From an uncultured virus (IMG/VR IMGVR_UViG_3300007514_000623) (lineage: Duplodnaviria > Heunggongvirae > Uroviricota > Caudoviricetes): 20,000 bases of DNA. The notes below the pieces were generated by a model. That model was not told the origin of the DNA and searched no databases. It saw nothing but the letters and a program-made list of their open reading frames with translations. This document shows, one piece after another, positions 1 to 8,478 of this stretch; position 1 is the stretch's first letter, and every line of letters begins with the position of its first letter. The stretch lies in the IMG/VR virus record IMGVR_UViG_3300007514_000623, one strand, 5' to 3'. The translations under genes were made by a program, and so were the position numbers.

Positions 1-123
1 GAATGGGTAAGAAAGAGTGTTTTACGACAATCAGAACAAGATATAAAAGATATTGATGCCCAGATTGCGAAAGAAAAACCAGAAGAAGAAGAAACTGATT
101 CTGGTGATGATGATGAATTTTAA
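1..123 (+). CDS. g20: Portal vertex protein gp20, C-terminal fragment (5' truncated by window)
   Basis: Manual frame-1 translation EWVRKSVLRQSEQDIKDIDAQIAKEKPEEEETDSGDDDEF* resembles the T4-like gp20 C-terminus (…VRxxILRQxxxxIxxIDxQIxxE plus acidic tail). It lies directly upstream of the prohead core/g21 cluster. Confidence 0.8.
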   Translation, partial: EWVRKSVLRQSEQDIKDIDAQIAKEKPEEEETDSGDDDEF

Positions 124-136
124 TCCATAATTAAAT

Positions 137-376
137 ATGAAAATTTCTAAATCCAGTTTTATTGAAAATTATAAGAAGAAGGTTTCTGACTTGCCTGAAA
201 AGGAAAGGATACAGGAAGCAATTTATTTTGCGTTTGATTTAACAGATCAATATGGTATCGTTAGAATTAATAAGGCGATTGCAGAATCCGCAATTAAGTT
301 TAATATCAACGAAGATATACTTAGAGAAAAAATTAACGACTCTGATTTTATTTTAAATGAAAGGAAAGCGAAATGA
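137..376 (+). CDS. Hypothetical protein in head module
   Basis: 79-aa ORF between g20 and the prohead core genes; its stop overlaps the next start (ATGA). No motif recognised. Confidence 0.6.
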   Translation: MKISKSSFIENYKKKVSDLPEKERIQEAIYFAFDLTDQYGIVRINKAIAESAIKFNINEDILREKINDSDFILNERKAK

Positions 377-603
377 GTGATGCAGATACAAGATCAACTA
401 ATGTTAGTTTTATAAAACAAATTGTAGATAAAAAATTTAGTAAATCAAATGTTACATTAGCCGATATGATGAAAAATAAGGCGATGTCAGTTATTGATGA
501 TTTCAAAAATTCGTTTAAGTATGTTCCTAATGCTAGTTCACCAACAACAGAACCTAAAGGTGAGACAAGTACGGAAACAGAAACAGATAATACCACAGGA
601 TAA
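373..603 (+). CDS. Probable prohead core protein, gp67-like
   Basis: 76 aa, helical segment IKQIVDKKFSKSNVTLADMMKNKAMSVIDDFK; size and position match T4 g67 between g20 and g68. Confidence 0.45.
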   Translation: MSDADTRSTNVSFIKQIVDKKFSKSNVTLADMMKNKAMSVIDDFKNSFKYVPNASSPTTEPKGETSTETETDNTTG

Positions 604-609
604 TATAAA

Positions 610-954
610 ATGGATGAAGCACTAACAATCTCTCAAAGATTGAAACGATCTAGAATAATGAAAATGAAGTCTGGTATTATTAAAAGAAAACGTGAGATCG
701 CTTTAAACAAAAGAGCAAGTCCTGAGAAAATATTTAACAGAGCGATGAAAAAGGCTCGTGATATTCTTAGAAAAAAACATACAGCTGGTAAAAGTGCAAA
801 AGACTTATCTATGTCTCAAAAAGAAAAAGTTGAAAAGTTGTTAAGCAAGAAGAAAGGTATAATTAAAAAAATTGCTAAAAAATTATTTCCTAAAATGAAG
901 TCTGCTGAAGGGGAGAGATTAAAAGCACGAAGGGCGAAAAAGGGAGAGAAATAA
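610..954 (+). CDS. Probable prohead core protein, gp68-like (very basic)
   Basis: 114-aa K/R-rich protein immediately upstream of g21, the position of the basic gp68 in T4-like phages. Confidence 0.55.
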   Translation: MDEALTISQRLKRSRIMKMKSGIIKRKREIALNKRASPEKIFNRAMKKARDILRKKHTAGKSAKDLSMSQKEKVEKLLSKKKGIIKKIAKKLFPKMKSAEGERLKARRAKKGEK

Positions 955-1584
955 ATGAAACTAATAACAGAACATACCAGCGAAGTTGAATATATTGTTG
1001 AAGGTAAAGATAAACAACAATATATTAAAGGTATCTTTATGCAATCTGATATTAAGAATCAGAATGGTAGAGTTTATCCATATCCAGTTCTTAAAAAGCA
1101 GGTAAAGAAATTTAATGAGAACTTTGTAAAACAAGATAGAGCGTTGGGAGAGTTAGGACATCCAGACGGCCCAACCGTTAATCTTGATAGGGTTTCTCAT
1201 ATAATAACAGAATTAAAAGAAGATGGAAAAAATTTCATTGGAAAAGCAAAGATAATCGATACACCGAATGGAAAGATTGTAAAAAATCTTCTTGAATCAG
1301 GTGTTCGTTTGGGAGTGAGTTCTAGAGGTCTTGGTTCAGTTAAGACAAATAAAGATGGTGTGAATGAAGTTCAAGATGACTTTGTTCTTTCTACTGTTGA
1401 TATTGTTTCTGACCCAAGTGCCCCTGACGCATTTGTTAATGGCATTATGGAAGGTAGAGAATTTAGTCTCACAGGAGAACTTGAGTATGATATTCGTAAA
1501 GAGATTAAGAGTACAATATCCAAAAGACTAGATGAAAAGAAGATAAAACTATTTCAAAGTTTTATGAAAAAATTACAATCTTAA
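955..1584 (+). CDS. g21: Prohead core scaffold protease gp21
   Basis: Motifs MKLITE, GIFMQ…NxNGRVYP, ALGELGHP, LDRVSH, GVSSRGLGS and DIVSDPSAPDAFV. Confidence 0.97.
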   Translation: MKLITEHTSEVEYIVEGKDKQQYIKGIFMQSDIKNQNGRVYPYPVLKKQVKKFNENFVKQDRALGELGHPDGPTVNLDRVSHIITELKEDGKNFIGKAKIIDTPNGKIVKNLLESGVRLGVSSRGLGSVKTNKDGVNEVQDDFVLSTVDIVSDPSAPDAFVNGIMEGREFSLTGELEYDIRKEIKSTISKRLDEKKIKLFQSFMKKLQS

Positions 1585-1611
1585 TTAGATATTTAAAAGG
1601 AGTAGTTAAAA

Positions 1612-2739
1612 ATGGCTAAACAAAATGGACAAACTGATGCAGAGATGATGGAAGATAGTGAGATCGAAAAAAAGATAAACGAAAAAGTAAAAGATTCTAA
1701 CAAAGAAGCTGGACTTCCTGAGATCGATCCAGATACAGGTCGAGATGAATCAGAGGAAGATGGAGAAGAAGGAACATCTAAAGCTTCCGAACCTAAAACT
1801 TCTAAGTCTCACGCATCTGCAAAAGCAGAAGGTAAAAAAGTGAAAAAAGAGATGGATGACGAAGAAGAAGATGAAGAAGAATGGGAAGAATCCAAGAAAT
1901 CTAAGAAAGAGGAATTCCCCCCTGCTGATGACGAAGATGAAGATGAAGAAGATGAGGATGAAGAAGAAGCAGAGGAATCTAAGAAAGCTAAGAAAGAAGA
2001 AATCGAAATTAATGTAGATGAAGATGTAGCTGCATTGGTTGATGGTGAAGAACTTTCTGAAGAATTCAAAACTAAAGCTGCTACAATCTTTGAAGCCGCT
2101 GTTAAATCCAAAATTGCAAAAGTTCGCAAACAGATTCGTGAAGAATCTAAGAAAGAACTTAATGAGCGTGTTGAGACAATTCAAACAGAGATGTCTGAAA
2201 ATGTTGATAAATACCTCAACTATGCAACTGAAGAATGGATGAAAGAAAACAAACTTGTCGTAGAACAAGGTGTTCGTAACGAAGTTACGGAGAGTTTTAT
2301 TGCTGGATTGAAAAAATTGTTTGAGGAACATTATATTGACGTTCCCGAAGAAAAAGAAGATGTATTTGAAAGTCTAGTTGTTGAAGTTGCAGAACTTGAA
2401 CAGAAATTAGACGAACAAACTGAGAAGCACATGGACACCGTGAAAGAGTTAAATACATATAAGGCTGCTTCTGTATTTAAGACCGTATCAGAAGGTATGG
2501 TTGACACAGACATTGAAAAACTAAAAGAATTGACAGAGGATGTTGATTACGATACTGATGCTAAGTATGCGGAAAAACTGAACACTATCAAGAATAGTTA
2601 TTTCAAATCTGACAAGAAAGAAGTTGTGGACAATAAGAAAGCAACTGCTGGCACTAACAACCCTGTTGTAGATGGAACTGGTGATAGTCGTATGGATAGT
2701 GTTATGAGTGCAATTTCTAATTTGTCAAAAAAACAATAA
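1612..2739 (+). CDS. g22: Prohead core scaffolding protein gp22
   Basis: Highly acidic coiled-coil protein with ELSEEFKTKAATIFEAAV, YLNYATEEWMKEN and GLKKLFEEHYIDVPEEK; lies between g21 and g23; AAGGAG RBS upstream. Confidence 0.95.
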   Translation: MAKQNGQTDAEMMEDSEIEKKINEKVKDSNKEAGLPEIDPDTGRDESEEDGEEGTSKASEPKTSKSHASAKAEGKKVKKEMDDEEEDEEEWEESKKSKKEEFPPADDEDEDEEDEDEEEAEESKKAKKEEIEINVDEDVAALVDGEELSEEFKTKAATIFEAAVKSKIAKVRKQIREESKKELNERVETIQTEMSENVDKYLNYATEEWMKENKLVVEQGVRNEVTESFIAGLKKLFEEHYIDVPEEKEDVFESLVVEVAELEQKLDEQTEKHMDTVKELNTYKAASVFKTVSEGMVDTDIEKLKELTEDVDYDTDAKYAEKLNTIKNSYFKSDKKEVVDNKKATAGTNNPVVDGTGDSRMDSVMSAISNLSKKQ

Positions 2740-2802
2740 TAATGGATTGACTGAATTTTAACATTAATTAATTAAACAAAATTATTTACAAGGAGTACAA
2801 TT

Positions 2803-4071
2803 ATGTATTTATCAGAAGATATTTCGGATAAGTGGAAGCCGGTAATGGAACACGGCGATCTTCCCGAAGTTAAAGATTCATATCGCAGAGATGTTACTTT
2901 GCGTTTGTTGGAAAACCAAGAGAACTTCTTAAAAGAAGCAGCACCCACTAATTCTACTGGTGGGAGCGTAGATAACTGGGATCCAATTTTAATTAGTCTT
3001 GTAAGACGTGCTATGCCTCAAATGATTGCATATGACGTTGCAGGCGTTCAACCTATGACTGGGCCAACTGGTTTGATTTTCGCTATGAAATCAAAATACA
3101 ATGCTCAGACAGGTGGATCAGGTGGAGTTGCTGGTGGTGAGAGTGTTGAAGCGTTCGGTGCAGCTGGTACAGGTGCAGACGAAGCAGATACTCAACATTC
3201 TGGTACTGGTACACATACCACAACCGACAATACCAATAATCCTTTTGGTGGCACATGGAATTATGGTACTGGTATGGCAACAGCTGACGCTGAAGATTTA
3301 GGCGCTGGTGGAACTTTTGGCGAGATGGCTTTCACAATCGACAAAACTTCCGTAACCGCTAAATCACGTGCTCTTAAAGCTGAGTACTCTACGGAGTTGG
3401 CTCAAGACTTGAAAGCAGTACATGGTTTGGATGCAGAAACAGAATTGGCGAATATTCTTTCTACGGAAATCTTGCAAGAGATTAACCGTGAAGTTATCCG
3501 TACAATTTATGTAACTGCTAACGACGGTGCTTCTACAACTACATCAGCAGGTACATTCGATCTTGACCTTGATAGTTCTGGTCGTTGGTCTGTTGAAAAA
3601 TTCAAAGGTTTGATGTTCCAAATCGAGCGTGATCGAAATGAAATCGGTCATAACACTCGCCGAGGAAAAGGTAACTTTATGATCTGTTCCGCTGACGTTG
3701 CTTCTGCTATGTCAATGGGTGGTATGTTGGAATCAGGTCATGCGTTGAATGTAGATGATACAATGTCAACTTATGCTGGTATGATGAACGGCATGAAAGT
3801 TTATGTTGATCCTTACTACACATCAAACGCTGGTCAATTCTATGTAGTTGGTTATAAGGGTGCAAGTCCTTATGATGCTGGTCTTTTCTACTGTCCTTAC
3901 GTTCCTCTACAGATGGTACGTGCTATGGGTGAAAACACATTCCAACCAAAAATCGGATTTAAGACACGCTACGGCATGATTAAGAATCCTTTTGTTGGTG
4001 ATGGTTCTCAAACCATGACAGCAGACGAAAACCAATATTACAGAAAAGTGAAAGTCAATAACCTACTGTAA
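2803..4071 (+). CDS. g23: Major capsid protein gp23
   Basis: Motifs DPILISLVRRAMP, GVQPMTGPTGLIFAM, AKSRALKAEYSTELAQDLKAVHGLDAE and YCPYVPLQMVRA…FQPKIGFKTRYG; AAGGAG RBS; candidate gp21 cleavage site L-K-E|A near residue 45. Confidence 0.99.
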   Translation: MYLSEDISDKWKPVMEHGDLPEVKDSYRRDVTLRLLENQENFLKEAAPTNSTGGSVDNWDPILISLVRRAMPQMIAYDVAGVQPMTGPTGLIFAMKSKYNAQTGGSGGVAGGESVEAFGAAGTGADEADTQHSGTGTHTTTDNTNNPFGGTWNYGTGMATADAEDLGAGGTFGEMAFTIDKTSVTAKSRALKAEYSTELAQDLKAVHGLDAETELANILSTEILQEINREVIRTIYVTANDGASTTTSAGTFDLDLDSSGRWSVEKFKGLMFQIERDRNEIGHNTRRGKGNFMICSADVASAMSMGGMLESGHALNVDDTMSTYAGMMNGMKVYVDPYYTSNAGQFYVVGYKGASPYDAGLFYCPYVPLQMVRAMGENTFQPKIGFKTRYGMIKNPFVGDGSQTMTADENQYYRKVKVNNLL

Positions 4072-4093
4072 TTTTAGTTTGGTTTAAATCAAG

Positions 4094-4127
4094 AGGGGTA
4101 AGGGTTTTGCCCTTACCCCTTTTTTTT
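4094..4127 (+). terminator. Rho-independent terminator after g23
   Basis: Perfect 11-bp stem AGGGGTAAGGG (4094-4104) / CCCTTACCCCT (4110-4120), 5-nt loop, followed by a T-run. Confidence 0.92.
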
Positions 4128-4140
4128 ATGGAGTCTATTT

Positions 4141-4560
4141 ATGTATGAATACCGAGCTCGTGTTAAACGGATTATCGATGGCGATACTATTAGGTGTGAT
4201 ATTGATTTGGGGTTTGATTTGTTTCTTGCTAATCAAACTATACGATTACATGGCATAGATGCACCAGAGTCAAGGACGAAAGATAAAGAAGAAAAGTATT
4301 ACGGAAACCTCGCAAAAGAGTTTTTAAATGATTATTGCCCTAAAGGTAGTGAAATAAAAATAAGAACTATTAAAGATGGAAAAGGAAAGTTTGGTAGAAT
4401 ATTAGGTGATATTATAATGAACGGAGTTTCATTAAATGAACAAATGGTTGAAGAAAACCTTGCCGTATTCTATGACGGGCAATCTAAAGAAGATATACAG
4501 AAAGAACATCAAGTTAACAGAGTAGCATTAAATAGAAAAGGTTATAAATATATAACATAG
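4141..4560 (+). CDS. Thermonuclease (SNase-like) family nuclease
   Basis: MYEYRARVKRIIDGDT, IRLHGIDAPESRT and GKFGRILG are staphylococcal-nuclease-type catalytic motifs; GGAG RBS at 4130-4133. Confidence 0.9.
   Translation: MYEYRARVKRIIDGDTIRCDIDLGFDLFLANQTIRLHGIDAPESRTKDKEEKYYGNLAKEFLNDYCPKGSEIKIRTIKDGKGKFGRILGDIIMNGVSLNEQMVEENLAVFYDGQSKEDIQKEHQVNRVALNRKGYKYIT
4543..4550 (+). promoter_or_regulatory. Possible gp55-dependent late promoter (TATAAATA) inside the nuclease 3' end
   Basis: Exact T4 late consensus about 110 nt upstream of g3; could be chance in AT-rich DNA. Confidence 0.35.
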
Positions 4561-4593
4561 TTCCTTACATTGACTATTTTTTCATGGTAGGCT
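4561..4593 (+). promoter_or_regulatory. Sigma70-type promoter upstream of g3
   Basis: TTCC-TTACAT (4565-4570), 17-nt spacer ending TGG, TAGGCT (4588-4593); same architecture as four other intergenic sites. Confidence 0.55.
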
Positions 4594-4616
4594 TTGCTTG
4601 TCAGCTTGGTCAATAG

Positions 4617-4624
4617 TATAAATA
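4617..4624 (+). promoter_or_regulatory. gp55-dependent late promoter (TATAAATA) for g3
   Basis: Exact T4 late consensus in the intergenic region, 34 nt before the start of a late structural gene. Confidence 0.75.
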
Positions 4625-4658
4625 GATTTAATACACTTAACATAAAGCAATTAATAAT

Positions 4659-5192
4659 ATGCCATTTAATACACCAACTGAAATAAATTATCTTAATCCA
4701 GTATCTTTTGAAACTAGTTTTCTAAGATTACCTGATGTTAGTTTTATGACTCAAGAAGTAACAATTCCTAGTGTAGCATTAGGTATAACTTCTTATGCTT
4801 CTTTCTTTAGTGATTTACCTATCGAAGGCGATAAAATTAACTTTGAACAATTAAGTATTTCTTTTATAGTAGCAGAAGATTTATCTAATTATCTTGAAAT
4901 ATATAACTGGTTGTTAGCAATCGGATTTCCAGAAGATTTTGACCAATTTAAATTAAAAGAATCTATTGTTTCCACAGCATCAGGCACAGGCCTTGATACG
5001 CTTAAATCCGATATGTCTATTATAGTGAATACTAACAAATCAAATCCAAATTACGAAATCGTATTTCGTGATTCATTTCCTGTATCTCTATCCAGTATCT
5101 CATTCCAAGCAAATGCTGCCGCTATAGAACCGATTATAGTTACTGCAAATTTCGCATATGCAGGGCAGTTCCAGATTAAAAAACTTACCTAA
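4659..5192 (+). CDS. g3: Tail tube terminator / tail completion protein gp3
   Basis: NYLNPVSF…LPDVSF..QEVTIP, GDKINFEQLSISFIVAEDLSNYLEIYNWL and FRDSFPVSLS; occupies the g23-g3-uvsY-uvsW synteny of marine T4-like phages. Confidence 0.88.
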   Translation: MPFNTPTEINYLNPVSFETSFLRLPDVSFMTQEVTIPSVALGITSYASFFSDLPIEGDKINFEQLSISFIVAEDLSNYLEIYNWLLAIGFPEDFDQFKLKESIVSTASGTGLDTLKSDMSIIVNTNKSNPNYEIVFRDSFPVSLSSISFQANAAAIEPIIVTANFAYAGQFQIKKLT

Positions 5193-5197
5193 ACTAA

Positions 5198-5230
5198 TTC
5201 CTTGTATATGAATTAATCCTTTGTTATACT
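5198..5230 (+). promoter_or_regulatory. Sigma70-type promoter for uvsY-uvsW
   Basis: TTCC-TTGTAT (5202-5207), 17-nt spacer ending TGT, TATACT (5225-5230). Confidence 0.7.
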
Positions 5231-5236
5231 TATATT

Positions 5237-5674
5237 ATGAATATTAATGATATCAAAGAAATGATTACGGAAGATTCTATCTTTTTTAAAGATGAGGCTA
5301 ATATAGATATCGCATCTTTATCCGTGCCCGAGATGAGCGGAAAATACCATCAATTAATCGCTGACGAAACTATGGGTTTGCGATTACTTAAAAAAGATTA
5401 TGATGTTCTTTATAAAGAAAGATGGTTATTTTATTCTGGAAAAGCAGACCCCGAAGAATACGAAAAAGAAGAATTTGATTTAAAAATTCTTAAATCAGAT
5501 ATTGACAAATTTTTAAATTCAGATGAAGCGTTAAATAAATTAAAAGATAAGATTACGTTACAAGAAATCAAGATTAACTTGCTAACAGATTTTACTAAAT
5601 CTATTACGTCAGCATCTTTTAATATTGGTAATGCAATTAAATGGAAGAAGTTTTTATCTGGTGAACTTGGATGA
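5237..5674 (+). CDS. uvsY: Recombination mediator protein UvsY
   Basis: SLSVPEMSGKYH, WLFYSGKADPEEY…FDLKILKSDIDKFL.SD and FNIGNAIKWKKFLSG; directly upstream of uvsW. Confidence 0.9.
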   Translation: MNINDIKEMITEDSIFFKDEANIDIASLSVPEMSGKYHQLIADETMGLRLLKKDYDVLYKERWLFYSGKADPEEYEKEEFDLKILKSDIDKFLNSDEALNKLKDKITLQEIKINLLTDFTKSITSASFNIGNAIKWKKFLSGELG

Positions 5675-7155
5675 TTGTTGTTGGTAAAGTTAATGAATCT
5701 TTCTTACAGATTTCTTGTGAGAGACATATCGCATATGAGCTTAATGAATACTTTAGTTTTAAAGTACCTAATGCTCAATTCCATCCTAAGTTTAAAGCGA
5801 AATTGTGGGATGGTAAGATACGTTTATTTAATATCAATACAGGAAAGATGTATCTAGGTTTATATCCTTATCTTAAAGAGTGGGCATCTAAACATAGTTA
5901 CGAAATAAAAACAGATATAATAGAAGTAAAAGGTCATAAGATTGATTATGATAACTGCAAGAAGTATATGGAATCATTAATGCCTCTTGTTAAGGGAAAG
6001 AAGATTATACCAAGAGATTATCAAGTTGAATCTTTTGTTGAGTGTATTAAACAAGAAAGAGCGTTGTTACTTTCCCCGACATCATCTGGAAAGAGTTTAG
6101 TTATCTATTCTTTAATAAGATGGCATCAACAATTTCTAGAGAGGGATAAGATTTTAATTCTTGTACCTACTACAAATCTTGTTACGCAAATGTACAATGA
6201 TTTTAAAGATTATTCTTCAAAATTAAAAGATTGGAATGTTGAAGAACAATGTCATGTAATTTATTCGGGTAAAGAAAAGGATTCAGAGAAACAGATATAT
6301 ATAAGCACATGGCAGTCGTTGTATCGATTAGGTGCTCCATACTTCCGCAAATTCGGAATGGTTGTAGGTGATGAAGCTCACCTATGTAATGCCCAAAGTC
6401 TTAAAGGTATTCTGGAAAAGATGATTAACACCAGATATCGTTTCGGAACTACTGGAACAATTACCGATTCTAAGACACATAAATTAGTATTAGAAGGTTT
6501 GTTTGGTAAAACATATACAGCGGTTACTTCAAAGAAATTGATGGAAGATAAACATATATCTGATTTACGGATTGATTGTTTAGTATTAAAATATAATGAT
6601 GCAGAAAGAAAACAATTAGCAAGAGCTTCTTATAAAGAAGAAATTGATTTTGTTGTACAACATAAATTAAGAAATCAGTTTATCCGTGATCTTGCTTTAC
6701 TTAGAAAAGGTAACGTGTTAATTCTTTTTAATTATGTTGAGAAACATGGTAAAGTATTACATAAGATGTTGCAACAAAAAAATAGTAAAGATAGAAATAT
6801 CTTTTTTATAGCAGGTGAAACGTCTGTTGAAGATAGAGAGAAAATTCGTAGTTTAGCTGAAGTTGAGAATTCCATAATAGTCGCTTCGTCTGGTGTATTA
6901 TCAACTGGTGTGAATATCAAGAATTTGCAGACTTTAATTTTTGCTCATCCTTATAAAGCGAAGATAAGAAATCTTCAATCAATAGGTAGGGTATTAAGAT
7001 TAGATGATAAAGATAATAAAGCAATTCTGTTTGATATTGTTGATGATCTTTCATGGAAAGCACACCAAAATTATGGTGTTAAACATTGGAAAGAACGTGT
7101 TAACACTTATCTAGCAGAACAATTTGACTATATATGTAAGGAAATCACTTTATGA
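5671..7155 (+). CDS. uvsW: RNA-DNA/DNA-DNA helicase UvsW (SF2)
   Basis: WDGKIRLF, PRDYQ, Walker A SPTSSGKS, DEAH, GTTGT and LQSIGRVLR. Confidence 0.97.
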   Translation: MIVVGKVNESFLQISCERHIAYELNEYFSFKVPNAQFHPKFKAKLWDGKIRLFNINTGKMYLGLYPYLKEWASKHSYEIKTDIIEVKGHKIDYDNCKKYMESLMPLVKGKKIIPRDYQVESFVECIKQERALLLSPTSSGKSLVIYSLIRWHQQFLERDKILILVPTTNLVTQMYNDFKDYSSKLKDWNVEEQCHVIYSGKEKDSEKQIYISTWQSLYRLGAPYFRKFGMVVGDEAHLCNAQSLKGILEKMINTRYRFGTTGTITDSKTHKLVLEGLFGKTYTAVTSKKLMEDKHISDLRIDCLVLKYNDAERKQLARASYKEEIDFVVQHKLRNQFIRDLALLRKGNVLILFNYVEKHGKVLHKMLQQKNSKDRNIFFIAGETSVEDREKIRSLAEVENSIIVASSGVLSTGVNIKNLQTLIFAHPYKAKIRNLQSIGRVLRLDDKDNKAILFDIVDDLSWKAHQNYGVKHWKERVNTYLAEQFDYICKEITL

Positions 7156-7164
7156 GGAAAAAAA

Positions 7165-7341
7165 ATGGGCAAGACATTTAAGAAATTTGTTAAGAATCGT
7201 TTTGAGAAAAAGAAGTTTAATCGTTACAAAAACAGAAAACGTAAATTTATGGAAGGGGTTAATGATGGACAAGAGGAACTGGACGAGGATGGCGAAGTGC
7301 GACAGGTGCAAAAAGAAAACGACACAAGAGAATCGGAGTGA
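7165..7341 (+). CDS. Small bipolar (basic N-half, acidic C-half) hypothetical protein, 58 aa, not in the supplied ORF track
   Basis: Manual translation MGKTFKKFVKNRFEKKKFNRYKNRKRKFMEGVNDGQEELDEDGEVRQVQKENDTRESE*; GAGG RBS at 7154-7157; starts 9 nt after the uvsW stop. Confidence 0.6.
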   Translation: MGKTFKKFVKNRFEKKKFNRYKNRKRKFMEGVNDGQEELDEDGEVRQVQKENDTRESE

Positions 7342-7459
7342 GGGATTTGCTGGAAAAGTCTATTACGAAGATTGGTATTGTTTAGATTGTGATTGTATTA
7401 TGTTAGAGAAAAAAAGAGGTAATCCCAAGTTTGAAACTGAATGGTGTATTAGCGGATGA
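7262..7459 (+). CDS. Small Zn-ribbon protein (C-terminal part of track ORF 7124..7459; start re-assigned)
   Basis: CDRC…CLDC pairs; GGAAGGGG upstream of ATG 7262/7265 (alternative start 7289); stop overlaps the glycosyltransferase start (ATGA). Confidence 0.6.
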   Translation: MMDKRNWTRMAKCDRCKKKTTQENRSEGFAGKVYYEDWYCLDCDCIMLEKKRGNPKFETEWCISG

Positions 7460-8475
7460 GAATTGTTTTACCATATAATATGCATTTTGGAAAATATAAT
7501 ACGGACATTATCGCTGGTGGAATTGAAAAGTTTTGCCATCAGATAGTTGAAACCTTTGATGATGTTCATGTTGTTAATATTGATAATGATGAGACAGCGA
7601 AAGATAATGCGAATAAAATTATCGATTATTCCAGAAAGGTTGATGCGGATATTATAATATCAAACTGGTATCAAGCATCTTTTGCTGGTTCACATATATT
7701 AGATTCCGAGTTTCCTATTATGTTGATACTGCATGGGTGTATTGGGATGGGTTCTTTGTTGTCCACTATTAACAATCTTAGGGAAAAAGAACATTCATGT
7801 TTTATGGTGAGTGAATTTCAATTTGATTTTTATAAGAGTATGGCAGATAGATTTAGAACTAATGTTGCTATTGATGGTTATATTGATTCTAGTTATGTCA
7901 AGGGAAACAAACCAGAATTATTAGAAATAGAATATGATTGCGTAACAATAGGGAGATGTTGTCCGCTTGAAAAAAGACCTTTTCTATTAAAGGAGTATTT
8001 AAAAGATACCGATTATAAAACTGTTTTGATGTCAAATACTCCAAGAGATGAAAAGGAAAGGACATACTTAGAAAAGAATAAGAAGTATGATGGTGTTTTA
8101 TTTGATCTAGAACATAAAGAGGTTATGAAAACGCTTTCAAAATCTATGACTTACTTTTCTACATCTTGGCAAGAAACATGGGGTATTACTGCATTAGAAG
8201 CTTTATCGCATGGTGTTCCAGTAATATTAAACAGTAAAGATAACAAACATGGATCGACTATTATTCCTAGTCAGGATAATCATTATAGGATGATAGACCA
8301 TGATCCTCACGAACTTATAATGGCGATAGAAAGTTTAAGAGGTTGTGATAGAAAAGAAATCCAAGATAAAACTTGGGATAAACATAATCATAATAATTGG
8401 AAAAATAAATTTTCTAATATGATTGATAGTACAGTAGAAAAATATAAAAAACCAAACTTGGTTCAATTCATGTAA
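7456..8475 (+). CDS. GT-B fold glycosyltransferase (GT4 / Glycos_transf_1-like)
   Basis: N-terminal AGGIEKF, central IGR…EKRP, and the Ex7E motif in SWQETWGITALEALSHGVPVI. Confidence 0.85.
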   Translation: MRIVLPYNMHFGKYNTDIIAGGIEKFCHQIVETFDDVHVVNIDNDETAKDNANKIIDYSRKVDADIIISNWYQASFAGSHILDSEFPIMLILHGCIGMGSLLSTINNLREKEHSCFMVSEFQFDFYKSMADRFRTNVAIDGYIDSSYVKGNKPELLEIEYDCVTIGRCCPLEKRPFLLKEYLKDTDYKTVLMSNTPRDEKERTYLEKNKKYDGVLFDLEHKEVMKTLSKSMTYFSTSWQETWGITALEALSHGVPVILNSKDNKHGSTIIPSQDNHYRMIDHDPHELIMAIESLRGCDRKEIQDKTWDKHNHNNWKNKFSNMIDSTVEKYKKPNLVQFM

Positions 8476-8478
8476 AGG

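Noticed and set aside
1750..2331. Minus-strand ORFs 1750..2331 (193 aa, Phe-rich) and 1809..2129 (Ser-rich)
   Set aside because: Antisense shadows of the GAA/GAT-rich g22 coding strand; no independent evidence.
7124..7261. N-terminal part of track ORF 7124..7459
   Set aside because: It overlaps the uvsW end and the better-supported 58-aa ORF; a downstream start with an SD sequence fits better.
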